From: Dickeya solani IPO 2222
GTDB taxonomy: Bacteria; Pseudomonadota; Gammaproteobacteria; Enterobacterales; Enterobacteriaceae
Length of the DNA stretch: 32,000 bases
NCBI RefSeq assembly: GCF_001644705.1
Contig: NZ_CP015137.1
Location: 1,770,001 to 1,802,000, forward strand
Reading direction: 5' to 3'
Numbering within the stretch: the stretch's first letter is position 1; each line of letters opens with the position of its first letter. Made by a program: the position numbers and the translations under genes. Of the stretch, positions 17,709 to 27,940 are shown piece by piece. The notes under the pieces are model-generated. The model did not search any database, was not told the origin of the DNA, and saw only the letters and a list, made by a program, of their open reading frames with translations.

Positions 17709-18659
17709 TTACAGCCAGTTGCGGCGTTTGAAATACAGGTACGGCGCCAGACCGGCCAGCAGCATCAACAACATCGCGCCCGGATAGCCGTAGGCCCATT
17801 TCAGTTCCGGCATGAATTCGAAGTTCATACCATAGCTGGACGCCACCAGCGTCGGCGGCAGGAAAACCACCGAGACCACCGAGAAAATTTTGATAATGCG
17901 GTTCTGTTCGATGTTGATAAAACCCATCGCCGCCTGCATCAGGAAGTTGACCTTCTGGAACAGCGATTCGTTGTGCGGCAGCAGAGACTCGATGTCGCGC
18001 AGGATCTCGCGCGCCTGCTCCAGTTGACTGCTCGGCAACCGGGCGCGGCGTACCAGGAAGTTGAGCGCGCGCTGGGTATCCATCAGACACAGCCGTACTT
18101 TCCAGCCGATATCCTCCTGCTCCGCCAGCGTCGATAGCGCGTCGTCGTATTCGTCGCCCTGACGGCCGTCCATGATCACCCGGCTCAAGGATTCCAGATC
18201 GCTGTAGATGTTTTCGATTTCGTCCGCCAGCTGTTCAATCTTGGTTTCGAACAGGTCAAGCAGCAGTTCGTAGGCGTTGCCGTCCACCAGCGTCTGAGCG
18301 CGGGCGCGCATGCGGTAGAGGCGGAAGGCCGGCAGTTCGCGTTCGCGCAGCGTATACAAACGGCCATCACGAATAGTGAACGCCACCGTGGAGTTGCCGG
18401 CGTGGTCGTCCGCGTCTTCATAAAAGAAAAAGGAGTGAATGTGCAGGCCGTCTTCATCTTCGAAAAAACGGGCCGATGCTTCAATGTCTTCCAGTTCCGG
18501 TCGGGTCGCCAGGCTTTGCCCCAGCTGATTCTGCACCAAATCTCGCTCTTCGACGTCCGGCTCGACCAAATCCACCCATAGCGACGTGGTCAGGTCGTTG
18601 CTTTCATCCAGTTCCAGGCGAGTTAAACGGCAGTTATCGAGTTTGAATGCGCTCAGCAT
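17709..18659 (-). CDS. corA: Magnesium/cobalt/nickel transporter CorA
   Basis: The 316-aa product [39 protein letters not shown] is near-identical to E. coli CorA. GGGAG lies 8 nt upstream of ATG 18659. I rejected the ORF-track extension to 18710. Confidence 0.97.
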   Translation of the reverse strand: MLSAFKLDNCRLTRLELDESNDLTTSLWVDLVEPDVEERDLVQNQLGQSLATRPELEDIEASARFFEDEDGLHIHSFFFYEDADDHAGNSTVAFTIRDGRLYTLRERELPAFRLYRMRARAQTLVDGNAYELLLDLFETKIEQLADEIENIYSDLESLSRVIMDGRQGDEYDDALSTLAEQEDIGWKVRLCLMDTQRALNFLVRRARLPSSQLEQAREILRDIESLLPHNESLFQKVNFLMQAAMGFINIEQNRIIKIFSVVSVVFLPPTLVASSYGMNFEFMPELKWAYGYPGAMLLMLLAGLAPYLYFKRRNWL

Positions 18660-18912
18660 AAGCCATGCTCCCAAAATGTAACAAAGAGGGACAAAACGCG
18701 ATTGAAACACAGAAACAGGGTGGAAAAGTCACCATCAGGTTTCAGGCCGTGAGACGGTGCTGACTCGATGCGACAAACAATATCGCTGACAACCTCGAAG
18801 GCTATCAGCACGGGGAGATAGCCTTAGAAGTGGTACCTAATCAGTAGGTTATTGAGCCAGTATCGACTGGGTGTGTCCAAGGCGTGGGTCCTCCGGGAAT
18901 AATGATGCGCGC

Positions 18913-18942
18913 ATGTTACGCCGAGATGAAAAAGGCTGTCAA
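18913..18942 (-). promoter_or_regulatory. Candidate sigma70 promoter for corA (implies a ~245-nt leader)
   Basis: The minus strand reads TTGACA (18942-18937), an 18-nt spacer, then TAACAT (18918-18913). This is the best -35/-10 pair I can see in the uvrD-corA spacer. Confidence 0.4.
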
Positions 18943-19027
18943 CAGACAAACAGATGATTAGTCTGTGTCCAACCGTAACATCCAGTGAGCACAGACTGAA
19001 CACCGCGTCCATCACAGCATGATCGCG

Positions 19028-21190
19028 CTATACCGTATCCAGACGGGCATAAGCGGCCACCAGCCATTTGATGCCCTGACCGGCAAATGCCACCTGGATT
19101 CGGCAATGCTCGCCGCTGCCTTCCACATTAACAATGGTGCCTTCGCCGAATTTGGCGTGGCGTACCCGTTGCCCCAGCTTATAACCGGTATCGCTCTGGC
19201 TGATTGGCGTACCCAGCCGTTGATGATTGACCGGCCGCGAGACGCTGGCGCGCAGCCGCACCTCTTCCACACACTCCGGCGGCAGCTCGCCGATAAAACG
19301 CGACGGGCGGTGATAGGTTTCCTTGCCGTACAGACGGCGGCTTTCAGCGTAGGTTAGCGTCAGTTTCTGCATGGCGCGCGTCACGCCAACGTAGGCCAGA
19401 CGGCGTTCTTCTTCCAGACGGCCGCCTTCATCCAGCGACATCTGGCTGGGGAACATCCCTTCTTCCATGCCGACGACAAATACCTGTGGAAACTCCAGAC
19501 CTTTGGCGGAATGCAGCGTCATCAGCTGCGCCGCGTCCTGATAGGCGTCCGCCTGCCCTTCGCCGGCTTCCAGCGCGGCATGAGACAAAAACGCTTGCAG
19601 CGGCAGCAAGTCCTGATCTTCGTCCTGATAACTGAACTGGCGGGTCGCGGTCACCAGTTCCTCCAGGTTTTCCACTCGCGCCTGCCCCTTCTCGCCTTTT
19701 TCCTGCTCGTACATGCTCCACAACCCGGAATCGCGAATCACCCGGTCGGTCTGCACATGCAACGGTAAATCGGCGGTATCGCTGGCGAGCGCATCCACCA
19801 GTTCCAGAAAACGTTGCAGCGCGGCGGCGGCGCGCCCGGCCAGCACTTTTTCCTGCAACAGCGCGCGCGTGGCCTGCCACAGCGTCAACTGGCGGTCGCG
19901 CGCCGTCTGGCGCACCACGTCCAGCGTGCGATCGCCGATGCCGCGCGTCGGCGTGTTGACCACACGCTCAAAGGCAGCGTCATCGTTGCGGTTGGACATC
20001 AGGCGCAGATAAGACAGCGCGTCCTTGATTTCCTGCCGTTCGAAGAAGCGCATACCGCCATAAATCCGGTACGGCAGACTTTGCTGCAACAACGCCTCTT
20101 CCAGCACGCGCGACTGGGCGTTGCTGCGATAAAGAATGGCGCATTCGCTGAGCGCTCCGCCCGCTTCCTGCCACACCTTGATGCGGCTGACCACAAACCG
20201 CGCCTCGTCCAGTTCGTTAAAGGCGCAATACAACGAAATCGGTTCGCCCTCAATGCCATCGGTCCACAGGTTTTTGCCCAGTCGGTCACCGTTGTGGGCA
20301 ATCAGCGCGTTGGCGGCATTGAGGATATTGGCGGTGGAACGGTAATTCTGCTCCAGACGGATGGTGGTTACGTCGCTGAAATCCCGCAGGAAGTGCTGGA
20401 TATTCTCCACCTGTGCGCCGCGCCAGCCGTAGATCGACTGGTCATCGTCGCCCACGATCATCACTTTGGCGCTGTCGCCGGCCAGCAGGCGAATCCAGGC
20501 GTACTGGATGCGGTTGGTATCCTGGAATTCGTCCACTAGAATATTGTTAAAACGGTCGCGGTAATGCTGCAGGATATGCGGTTTGTTGAGCCACAGTTCG
20601 TGGGCGCGCAGCAGCAGTTCGGCGAAATCCACCAGCCCGGCGCGATCGCACGCTTCCTGATAAGCCTGATAGATGCGCAGCCAGGTCTGCTCCACCGGGT
20701 TGCCATAGCTGTCGATGTGCTGTGGCCGAAGCCCTTCGTCTTTCTTGCCGTTGATGTACCACATCGCCTGACGGGGCGGCCACTGCTTCTCATCCAGATT
20801 CAGCGCCTTGACCAGACGTTTGAGCAACCGCAACTGATCTTCGCTGTCCAGAATCTGGAAATCCTGCGGCAGGCCGGCATCCAGATGGTGCGCGCGCAGC
20901 AGACGATGCGCCAACCCGTGAAACGTACCGATCCACATCCCGCCCTGACTGGTGCCGAGCAGTTGATCGATGCGGTGGCGCATTTCCGCCGCCGCCTTGT
21001 TGGTGAAGGTCACCGCCATGATCGAATAGGGCGAGCAGTTCTCCACCGTCAGCAACCAGGCGATGCGATGCACCAGCACGCGGGTTTTGCCACTGCCTGC
21101 GCCAGCCAGTACCAGCATGTTGCTGCGCGCCGCCGCCACGGCGTCACGCTGTTTATCATTCAGACTGTCGAGCAGGTCAGATACGTCCAT
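19028..21190 (-). CDS. uvrD: DNA helicase II UvrD
   Basis: The 720-aa product MDVSDLLDSLNDKQRDAVAA..LVLAGAGSGKTRVLVHRIAWL.. is collinear with E. coli UvrD. Confidence 0.97.
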   Translation of the reverse strand: MDVSDLLDSLNDKQRDAVAAARSNMLVLAGAGSGKTRVLVHRIAWLLTVENCSPYSIMAVTFTNKAAAEMRHRIDQLLGTSQGGMWIGTFHGLAHRLLRAHHLDAGLPQDFQILDSEDQLRLLKRLVKALNLDEKQWPPRQAMWYINGKKDEGLRPQHIDSYGNPVEQTWLRIYQAYQEACDRAGLVDFAELLLRAHELWLNKPHILQHYRDRFNNILVDEFQDTNRIQYAWIRLLAGDSAKVMIVGDDDQSIYGWRGAQVENIQHFLRDFSDVTTIRLEQNYRSTANILNAANALIAHNGDRLGKNLWTDGIEGEPISLYCAFNELDEARFVVSRIKVWQEAGGALSECAILYRSNAQSRVLEEALLQQSLPYRIYGGMRFFERQEIKDALSYLRLMSNRNDDAAFERVVNTPTRGIGDRTLDVVRQTARDRQLTLWQATRALLQEKVLAGRAAAALQRFLELVDALASDTADLPLHVQTDRVIRDSGLWSMYEQEKGEKGQARVENLEELVTATRQFSYQDEDQDLLPLQAFLSHAALEAGEGQADAYQDAAQLMTLHSAKGLEFPQVFVVGMEEGMFPSQMSLDEGGRLEEERRLAYVGVTRAMQKLTLTYAESRRLYGKETYHRPSRFIGELPPECVEEVRLRASVSRPVNHQRLGTPISQSDTGYKLGQRVRHAKFGEGTIVNVEGSGEHCRIQVAFAGQGIKWLVAAYARLDTV

Positions 21191-21245
21191 AGGCGTCGGT
21201 TATCCGTCAAAGGGGAACCCGGCCTCCGGATCGGAGACAAATTCC

Positions 21246-21264
21246 ACTGGTTATCTATACAGTA
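21246..21264 (-). promoter_or_regulatory. LexA (SOS) box of uvrD
   Basis: The minus strand reads TACTGTATAGATAACCAGT, i.e. CTGT-N8-CCAG, the same variant half-site as the E. coli uvrD box. A TATAAT -10 (21281-21276) lies just upstream and overlaps the yigB stop. Confidence 0.75.
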
Positions 21265-21276
21265 AAAATAGCAGAA

Positions 21277-21993
21277 TTATAGCAACGTGGTGAGCGATGC
21301 CAAGCTGAAAATTTCCACATGCGGCAGCAGCCGGGAATCGTGAATCTGCATCAGGTTGCCGTCACGCAGGTTAATCCAGCAGGATTGTACGCCGCTGCGA
21401 ATCGCGCCGGCCACGTCGGTGGTCAGATCATCCCCCACATGCAGCAGGTTGTGCAACGGTAAATTCAGCCGTTCGGCGGCCAGATGATACATATCGTGCC
21501 AGGGCTTTGAGCGTCCATCCGGGCCGGCGCGCAAAATAAACCGGAAATAATCGCCAAGACCGCAGGCATGCGGATCGGCGTTACCGTTGGTGATGGCCAC
21601 CAGCGGCCAGCGTTGCCCCAGCGCACGCAATGTGTCGTGGGTTTCCTGCGACACGGTGATACGGCTGCGCCAATGGGCGAATTCCACCATCACTGCGTCC
21701 GCGCCAGCGGCCGCGTCATCCGGCGACATCCCCACCCGGGTCATCGCCAGATGTACGGAACGCCAGCGCCAGTGCGTGGCATCGTGATAAATCTCCGGCT
21801 CTTGCGCCAGCAGTTCCTGCCGCAGCTGACGCAGGCCTTCGCTGGTGAACGTCCGCAACCCAGGGTGATAGTTCTGCAAAAACCGTAACGACTCCTGCTC
21901 CGTTCGCCGGATAACCTCATCGTTATCGTACAGGGTATCGTCCAAATCGAACGTGATGGCCTCAATTCGACCCAGTGGGCGATAAAAATACAT
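21277..21993 (-). CDS. yigB: HAD-family phosphatase YigB (5-amino-6-(5-phospho-D-ribitylamino)uracil phosphatase)
   Basis: [42 protein letters not shown].. is collinear with E. coli YigB. The start overlaps the xerC stop (TGATG). Confidence 0.92.
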   Translation of the reverse strand: MYFYRPLGRIEAITFDLDDTLYDNDEVIRRTEQESLRFLQNYHPGLRTFTSEGLRQLRQELLAQEPEIYHDATHWRWRSVHLAMTRVGMSPDDAAAGADAVMVEFAHWRSRITVSQETHDTLRALGQRWPLVAITNGNADPHACGLGDYFRFILRAGPDGRSKPWHDMYHLAAERLNLPLHNLLHVGDDLTTDVAGAIRSGVQSCWINLRDGNLMQIHDSRLLPHVEIFSLASLTTLL

Positions 21994-22901
21994 CAGGGTT
22001 TACCTCGTCTGGCGCGTGGGTGCGCGGCATCGTACACCGATGCCAGATGTTGAAAATCCAGATGGGTATAGATCTGGGTGGTGGAGAGGTTAGCATGACC
22101 CAGTAGTTCCTGCACGGCGCGCAGGTCGCCGCTGGACTCCAGCATGTGGGTGGCAAACGAGTGCCGCAACTTGTGCGGGTGAACATGGCTGTTCACGCCC
22201 TGCTTGACGCCCCATTCAGCAAAGCGCTTCTGTACGTTGCGCATGGAAATGCGCTTACCGAGGCTGGAGATGAATATCGCGTCGTCTTCCGGCGCATAAA
22301 TATCCCGTATCGCCAGCCAATGCCGCAGCCAGGTGACGGCGGTTGCGCCGATCGGCAGTTTGCGCTCTTTACTGCCTTTCCCCATTACCCAGACTTCGCC
22401 GCTGTCCAGATCGATGTGACCGCAGTCCAGCCCGACCAGTTCCGCCAGACGCAGCCCGGCGCCGTACATCACTTCCAGCATGGCGCGATCGCGCACCGCC
22501 AGCGGATCGCTGAGGTCGATATCCAGCAGGCGGCTCATTTCATCCACATCCATATTTTTGGGCAGATGCCGACCCGCTTTCGGCGCCGGCACGCCGCGGG
22601 CAGGATTGGCCTTGAGTTCGCCGCGTCCAACCAGCCAGTCAAGAAAGCTGCGTAATGCCGACAGACGTTGCGCCAGACTGGCGGCGTTCAGCCCGTCGCG
22701 TTTGCTGCGCGCCACCACCGCTCGCACACCGGCGGCATCCAGCGCCTGCCAGTCGGCAATGCCGGACGCCGACAACATGTCGATAATCACCTGTAACTGA
22801 TGTGCATAGCTGCTTTGCGTCAGCGGGCTCAGTTGCCGCTCAACCCGCAGGTAACGCAGAAAGGCTTCGGCCGGCGCCGACAGGGGGGAATCGGGGTTCA
22901 T
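21993..22901 (-). CDS. xerC: Tyrosine recombinase XerC (chromosome dimer resolution)
   Basis: ..[66 protein letters not shown].. contains the R..HxxR..Y catalytic residues. It sits in the conserved dapF-yigA-xerC-yigB operon context. Confidence 0.95.
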   Translation of the reverse strand: MNPDSPLSAPAEAFLRYLRVERQLSPLTQSSYAHQLQVIIDMLSASGIADWQALDAAGVRAVVARSKRDGLNAASLAQRLSALRSFLDWLVGRGELKANPARGVPAPKAGRHLPKNMDVDEMSRLLDIDLSDPLAVRDRAMLEVMYGAGLRLAELVGLDCGHIDLDSGEVWVMGKGSKERKLPIGATAVTWLRHWLAIRDIYAPEDDAIFISSLGKRISMRNVQKRFAEWGVKQGVNSHVHPHKLRHSFATHMLESSGDLRAVQELLGHANLSTTQIYTHLDFQHLASVYDAAHPRARRGKP

Positions 22902-23599
22902 AGGCGTTCAATCCATCGTTCCAGCAATACCGGGATAATCGTCGCCAGGTGTTGCAGCAGATCGGTGCCCATGCCGTCCTGATAGTGGTGGCTGTCGCGG
23001 CTGCTGAAAATCAGCAATCCCAGATCGCCGTTTTTTCCCATCAGCGACAGCGCCACCGAGCCGACATGGCGCGCCTGCGGCAACAGCAGCAACAGTTCGG
23101 GACCGTTCAGCGTGCCAAGATAATGATGCCGCTCGCCCAGCCGCTGGATACGTAGCGGTTCAAACACCGTGCGGTTAAGCGCCAGATGGGTAAAATCGGA
23201 AGGCGCGCCGATACGCCAGCGATCGGCAAACAGGCGGATCGCCGCGCCCGACAGCCCCAGTTTGCGCGCCCAGCGGTGCAGCCGGTCGAGCAGTTCCTGC
23301 AGCGAAGCGGCAGTAGAGAGCGCCATCTGCAATTGCAATAGCTGGCTGAACAGTTCCTCATTGCGGGTAGCCTGTTCCGTCAGCAAGGCGATCTCTTCTT
23401 CCAGATACTGGATGCGGTTGCGCTGACGAGCGAGCTGCCACTCCACCAGCGACACGCTGCCACGCACCGGATGCGGAATACGCATGGTCTCAGTCTGGTG
23501 GGCATGGCGAATGAAAAAGTCAGGGTGCTGGTGCAGGTATTGCAACACCAGATCGTCAGTCAGCGCCTGACGTTCAGCCTGCTCTTCCACGTTCTTCAT
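22898..23599 (-). CDS. yigA: DUF484-family protein YigA
   Basis: ..[31 protein letters not shown].. is collinear with E. coli YigA. It has ATGA overlaps with dapF upstream and xerC downstream. Confidence 0.9.
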   Translation of the reverse strand: MKNVEEQAERQALTDDLVLQYLHQHPDFFIRHAHQTETMRIPHPVRGSVSLVEWQLARQRNRIQYLEEEIALLTEQATRNEELFSQLLQLQMALSTAASLQELLDRLHRWARKLGLSGAAIRLFADRWRIGAPSDFTHLALNRTVFEPLRIQRLGERHHYLGTLNGPELLLLLPQARHVGSVALSLMGKNGDLGLLIFSSRDSHHYQDGMGTDLLQHLATIIPVLLERWIERL

Positions 23600-24420
23600 A
23601 GATGCATAAATCCATCATAAACATGCGTAGCCGGGCCGGTCATAAACAGCGGGTGACCGGGACCGTCCCAGTGAATCTCAAGTTCGCCGCCCGGCAGCTG
23701 CACTTTGACATCCGCCGCCAGCAGCCCCTGCTGAATCCCCACCGCCACCGCGCCACAGGCACCGCTACCGCAGGCCTGGGTTTCGCCCGCGCCGCGCTCG
23801 AACACGCGCAACCGGATAAGGCCGGGGTCAACCACCTGCATAAAACCGACATTGGCGCGTTCCGGAAAACGTTCGTGGCTTTCCAGCAACGGCCCGAGCG
23901 TCTCTACCGGCGCAGTATCCACATTATCCACCTGGATCACGCAATGCGGGTTGCCCATCGACACCGCGCCGCACAGCACCGTGTGCTCGGCGACACGCAG
24001 AATATACGTTTTTTCCGGCTTAGCGGCGCGGAACGGCACCTGCTGCGGCTCGAAGTTGGGTTCGCCCATGTTCACCTGCACCAGCTCGTCTTCCGTCACC
24101 GACAACACCATACGGCCGTTATGCGTACTGACGTTGATCTCACGCTTGCTGGTCAGCCCTTTCAGGCGTACGAAACGGGCAAAGCAGCGAGCGCCATTAC
24201 CACACTGCGCCACTTCGCTGCCATCCGCATTGAAAATTCGGTAATGAAAATCCAGTTCGGGATCGTAGGGCGGCTCAACGATCAATAACTGATCGAACCC
24301 CACCCCGCAATGCCGGTCCGACAAGCGACGGATCAGCTCCGGTGAAAAGTAGACATTCTGCGTCACGGCATCGACAACCATGAAATCATTGCCCAGACCG
24401 TGCATTTTCGAGAACTGCAT
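23596..24420 (-). CDS. dapF: Diaminopimelate epimerase
   Basis: [52 protein letters not shown].. gives 274 aa, as in E. coli. I rejected the 16-codon upstream extension of the ORF. Confidence 0.97.
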   Translation of the reverse strand: MQFSKMHGLGNDFMVVDAVTQNVYFSPELIRRLSDRHCGVGFDQLLIVEPPYDPELDFHYRIFNADGSEVAQCGNGARCFARFVRLKGLTSKREINVSTHNGRMVLSVTEDELVQVNMGEPNFEPQQVPFRAAKPEKTYILRVAEHTVLCGAVSMGNPHCVIQVDNVDTAPVETLGPLLESHERFPERANVGFMQVVDPGLIRLRVFERGAGETQACGSGACGAVAVGIQQGLLAADVKVQLPGGELEIHWDGPGHPLFMTGPATHVYDGFMHL

Positions 24421-24508
24421 TTCCTGACCCCGCTGCGTTAAACGGGTGCGGCAGAGACCCTGTCGCAACCCGCGAGATTACCCTCAATCACCCTGCGTAC
24501 CGCGACGG

Positions 24509-24673
24509 CTACTGCCGGGCGGACGATGCTTGCGGAGCCTGGGTGTTTTGCTGCTGCGTTTTTTTAGCCGGAGCCGGTTGCTCTGGCGGAAAATAAAGCG
24601 GGCCTTTCAAACCACAACCAACCAGTGACAACACCAGCAATGCCAGCGCGCCCTGACGAAAAAGAGTTTTCAT
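24509..24673 (-). CDS. lptM: Small lipoprotein LptM (YifL)
   Basis: MKTLFRQGALALLVLSLVGC/GLKGPLYFPP.. has the lipobox LVGC and the conserved GLKGPLYFPP motif of E. coli YifL, and sits in the conserved position upstream of dapF. Confidence 0.85.
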   Translation of the reverse strand: MKTLFRQGALALLVLSLVGCGLKGPLYFPPEQPAPAKKTQQQNTQAPQASSARQ

Positions 24674-24685
24674 TTCGTTAAAACC

Positions 24686-24715
24686 TGTCATTCAGATACC
24701 TATGCTCTCTATAAT
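24686..24715 (+). promoter_or_regulatory. Candidate cyaY promoter
   Basis: A perfect TATAAT lies at 24710-24715, 35 bp upstream of the cyaY ATG. A weak -35 (TGTCAT) lies 18 nt upstream of it. Confidence 0.3.
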
Positions 24716-24750
24716 CGCAGGTGGATCATGAAAATCAATAGGAATCGAAT

Positions 24751-25071
24751 ATGAACGATAGCGAGTTTCATCAATTGGCCGACACGCTGATGCTGAAAGT
24801 GGAGGAAACGCTGGATCAATTTGATGGCGATGCGGATATCGATTACGAAACTAATGGCGGCGTAATGACGCTGAGTTTTGAGAACGGCAGCAAGATCGTG
24901 ATTAACCGGCAGGAACCGATGCATCAGGTGTGGCTGGCGACCAAAGGCGGCGGCTACCACTTCAACTATCAGCATGGCCGCTGGATTTGCGACCGCAGCG
25001 GCAGCGATTTCATGGCGCTGCTGGCGCAAGCCTGCTCGGACCAGAGCGGCGAAGAGATTCATTTCGAATAA
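24751..25071 (+). CDS. cyaY: Iron-sulfur cluster assembly protein CyaY (bacterial frataxin)
   Basis: [32 protein letters not shown].. gives 106 aa and is collinear with E. coli CyaY. Confidence 0.95.
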   Translation: MNDSEFHQLADTLMLKVEETLDQFDGDADIDYETNGGVMTLSFENGSKIVINRQEPMHQVWLATKGGGYHFNYQHGRWICDRSGSDFMALLAQACSDQSGEEIHFE

Positions 25072-25149
25072 AACAAACTGGCATTTCGACTAAAGCAGAT
25101 CGGGGCCATTCGCCCCAACTGCCATTGACTCCGGATTCCTCGCCCTGAA

Positions 25150-27708
25150 TCAGAGCATCTGTAAGCGCTGGCTCAGCACCAGATTCTTCTTGTCTTCAGA
25201 CGATGGCGTGACGCACAGATGAGACAGCGCGCTGCTGCGGAACGGGATCACCTGTGTGCGGTCGTCCAACTGAACAATCTGATAGAACTGCGGCAGATTG
25301 AAATTGATGAAGCTGGAGCCGTAGGTAAAGCGATCGTGCGATGAGGAGTAGAAACGGCTGACATCGCGCACCAGCTCTTCCTTACTGCCTTCGCAATGGT
25401 GATAGACTTCCACCCGGTTCGACTCATCCAGAATATAGATATTAAAACCCTGATTATCATGTTGATCTTCAAAGAAGAACTGGATAATCCCTTCGCTGGC
25501 GACACCGTCCACCACCGGCGGCAGATGGATGTGATTGGTTTCCACCTGAACCGGCAGCCCCTGCAACTTGTTGTTGGAAATCGCGCCGTAGAACTCCACC
25601 GCATTTTCCAGTTTCTGGGCCGACACGCTCAGGCGTTCGAAGAATAATCCCCAGGTCTCGCCCGCGACTTTCACCGCTTTGAAGCGACCGGGCTCCTGAC
25701 GGGTGCTGGACAGACGCAGTTCAATACATTCGGACACCAGTTGCTGCACACGGGTCCGGATCAACCCGCGCAAATGCTGGCTGTAACAGAACACCTCCAG
25801 CGATTCCGGCAGCGCGGCGTCCTGATGCATTTTGCCAAGAATGGTTTTCAGCGCCTCCAGCATTGCCTGCTCGCCGCTGAAATGCAGGGTTCGCACTTCA
25901 TTCCAGGAATTGCGGTACAACAAATCGATACTGCCGACCAGACACTGCTGCTGCTGGCCAAAGCTAAAGACGTCCAACTGACGAAAATCAAAATGCACCA
26001 CCTGATTGCGGAACGTCGCCGTCGGGTCATGCTCCAGATTGACGATAATCGCCAGATGACGAATTTCACACGGGCTGTACAGCGCTTTCGGCGTAGGAGC
26101 CGCCACACGCAACGGGAAGTGGCTGGACACATCCGACACCAGCTCCTGCAGCCGGGCGATATCGCACAGTTCGTGCCCTTTGATGTGCAAACGGGTGGAC
26201 GACGTCAACAAACCGTTGAAATAGGCCCAGGCCACCAGCTTGTTGAGATAGCGGTTATATTCCAGCGGCTGATGGCTGATGATGGCATCCATCGACGGCG
26301 CCTGATTGTACAGGTACCAGCCGGAACGATTGGCGCGCCCCGCCGGAACGTAGATAAAGGTGAGATTCGTTTCCGACAGATCGGGCGAAATCTGCGGGTT
26401 CACCAACGTCACCTTGCCCGGCAACGCCTCGAAGGCGGCATACAGTTTGCGAGTCAGCACCCCGATATCTTGCGGACTGGCGCTGACGCTCAGATTATTG
26501 CGGCGGGCGAAACGGATCAGGTTGCGATAGCTTTGCATCATCGCATCCAGCAGTTCGTTGTGCGCTTCGCGCACCTGCCCAATTTTCCAGTTGGCGCGAT
26601 TGTCCAGCATCACCAGCCGTTCGTCGCTCCATCCCCATTCCTGCACCATTTGCGTCAGGATCTGGCGGCGCCAGACAGTGCAGGCGCGATCGCGGGAGAG
26701 TTTCTCACACACTTTGAGGTAGAAACAGCGACGCACCAGATCCAGTCGGGTCGGGTCATTGATCGCGTTCAGATACTGGGTCACGCGCTCCAGCATCATG
26801 CAGTAGGGATCCAGCCCGAAGGAAACGATCTCGCCTTTATGCAGGCGCGCTTTGATCTCGCTCGACAGCAGGCGGGTATTGGGGTATTCCCAGGAGTAGG
26901 CTTCCAGCAACAGGGTCTTCAGCACCGCCTTGTAGGGCGAGTCGATGCTTTTATACAACTGCCACAGGCTGGCGCCAAAGTACTCTTCCGCCGACAGCGC
27001 GCTCAGCCCGCCCAAATCCAGCCATTCATTCGGCGCCAATGCACCGCGGGCATACAGGGAAAGCACGAATTCATCATAGTGGGCTTCTTCTTCCACCGGC
27101 ACCATGTTCCACAGAATGCGCTTGCCCGCCATGCGCACCGCGGTGCGATAAAATTCGTCCAGCAACAGGATATGCTGGGTGGAGCCGCAATCCTCGCCGC
27201 CGAGGCTGCCGCTCTCGTTATGGCGGAAACGGTTTTCATCCATCAGGAAGAAACTGACGTCTACGCCTTGCACCGCCGCCCATTTTTCCAACAGCGAGCA
27301 TTTCTGCTGCAGCCGCTGACGCTCTTCGCTGTCCAGCCAGGATTGGTGGCAGACCCAGATGTCGAGATCGGAACTGCAACTCTGCCCGATGGACGAGGTG
27401 CTGCCCATGGAATAGACGCCGGTGATCGGCAGTTCGCCTTTGCGATCCGGCGCAGACAGCTCACCCCAGCGCAATTCCACGCTGTCGAGATAGTGCTGCT
27501 GCTTTTCATCGGGGGAGAAAAGACAAATGCCGTGCGGAACCTTGCCTTCCAGATAGCCAGGCATCAACGGGTGGTGATGATGTAATAAAACTGGCAAAAG
27601 ACTGTAAACCTGCTGAAAAGCGGGTTTCATTGCTTCCAGAGCACGATCCACACGCAGTTGGTTGATCGCATCCAGTCTTTGCTTCAGTGTCTCGATGTAG
27701 AAGTACAA
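25150..27708 (-). CDS. cyaA: Class I adenylate cyclase
   Basis: The 852-aa product (M)[22 protein letters not shown].. is collinear with E. coli CyaA. The start codon is TTG (plus-strand caa at 27706-27708), the same unusual start known for E. coli cya. Confidence 0.97.
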   Translation of the reverse strand: MYFYIETLKQRLDAINQLRVDRALEAMKPAFQQVYSLLPVLLHHHHPLMPGYLEGKVPHGICLFSPDEKQQHYLDSVELRWGELSAPDRKGELPITGVYSMGSTSSIGQSCSSDLDIWVCHQSWLDSEERQRLQQKCSLLEKWAAVQGVDVSFFLMDENRFRHNESGSLGGEDCGSTQHILLLDEFYRTAVRMAGKRILWNMVPVEEEAHYDEFVLSLYARGALAPNEWLDLGGLSALSAEEYFGASLWQLYKSIDSPYKAVLKTLLLEAYSWEYPNTRLLSSEIKARLHKGEIVSFGLDPYCMMLERVTQYLNAINDPTRLDLVRRCFYLKVCEKLSRDRACTVWRRQILTQMVQEWGWSDERLVMLDNRANWKIGQVREAHNELLDAMMQSYRNLIRFARRNNLSVSASPQDIGVLTRKLYAAFEALPGKVTLVNPQISPDLSETNLTFIYVPAGRANRSGWYLYNQAPSMDAIISHQPLEYNRYLNKLVAWAYFNGLLTSSTRLHIKGHELCDIARLQELVSDVSSHFPLRVAAPTPKALYSPCEIRHLAIIVNLEHDPTATFRNQVVHFDFRQLDVFSFGQQQQCLVGSIDLLYRNSWNEVRTLHFSGEQAMLEALKTILGKMHQDAALPESLEVFCYSQHLRGLIRTRVQQLVSECIELRLSSTRQEPGRFKAVKVAGETWGLFFERLSVSAQKLENAVEFYGAISNNKLQGLPVQVETNHIHLPPVVDGVASEGIIQFFFEDQHDNQGFNIYILDESNRVEVYHHCEGSKEELVRDVSRFYSSSHDRFTYGSSFINFNLPQFYQIVQLDDRTQVIPFRSSALSHLCVTPSSEDKKNLVLSQRLQML

Positions 27709-27809
27709 GACGTTTCGCCTGCTTATCCCAGTGCCTATAAAGAAGCCGTTGTTTCCGAACCTGCCCAGAATAGATATTGGAAGAATGGCGGGCAGATTAT
27801 TGCTGGAAA

Positions 27810-27825
27810 CGTGATCAATCTAACA
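27810..27825 (-). promoter_or_regulatory. cAMP-CRP site in the cyaA promoter region (autoregulatory)
   Basis: The minus strand reads AGGTGTTAGATTGATCACGTTTCC. This is nearly identical to the E. coli cya P2 CRP site AGGTGTTAAATTGATCACGTTTT as I recall it. The core is TGTTA-N6-TCACG. Confidence 0.65.
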
Positions 27826-27913
27826 CCTTGCTGAAAGGGCGTAAAGAAACTAAAGAAAGTCAGATTTGTTTATTGATGCTTCAGCGTTGAACATATTATC
27901 GCCACTTTTGCCG

Positions 27914-27940
27914 CCCCGGCTATCCGCCGCCGGGGTTTTG
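27914..27940 (+). terminator. Terminator-like hairpin in the hemC upstream region or leader
   Basis: CCCCGGC-TATCCGCC-GCCGGGG is followed by TTTTGTCGTT on the plus strand only. It lies ~95 bp upstream of the hemC ATG, with no plus-strand gene upstream to terminate. Confidence 0.45.

Noticed and set aside
18824-19015. A 63-aa minus-strand ORF in the uvrD-corA spacer, taken as a whole.
   Set aside because: It starts 13 nt after the uvrD stop and runs through the candidate corA promoter. I retain only its last 18 codons (from TTG 18880, with a GGAGGA SD) as a speculative leader ORF.
21993-22901. A tyrosine recombinase as a possible marker of an integrated mobile element or genomic island.
   Set aside because: This is the housekeeping XerC in its conserved dapF-yigA-xerC-yigB operon with translationally coupled overlaps. 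There are no att-like repeats, no tRNA and no phage or IS genes nearby.
25102-25116. GGGGC-CATTC-GCCCC hairpin between the convergent cyaY and cyaA as a bidirectional terminator.
   Set aside because: It has only a 5-bp stem and no U tract on either strand. That is insufficient to call.
25741-27585. A 614-aa plus-strand ORF antisense to cyaA. Similar cases are 1555-2907 (450 aa, antisense to glpC/glpB), 4474-5640 (388 aa, antisense to glpA) and 20564-21265 (antisense to uvrD).
   Set aside because: These are shadow ORFs of conserved genes on the opposite strand. They have arginine- and glutamine-rich nonsense composition and no independent support.
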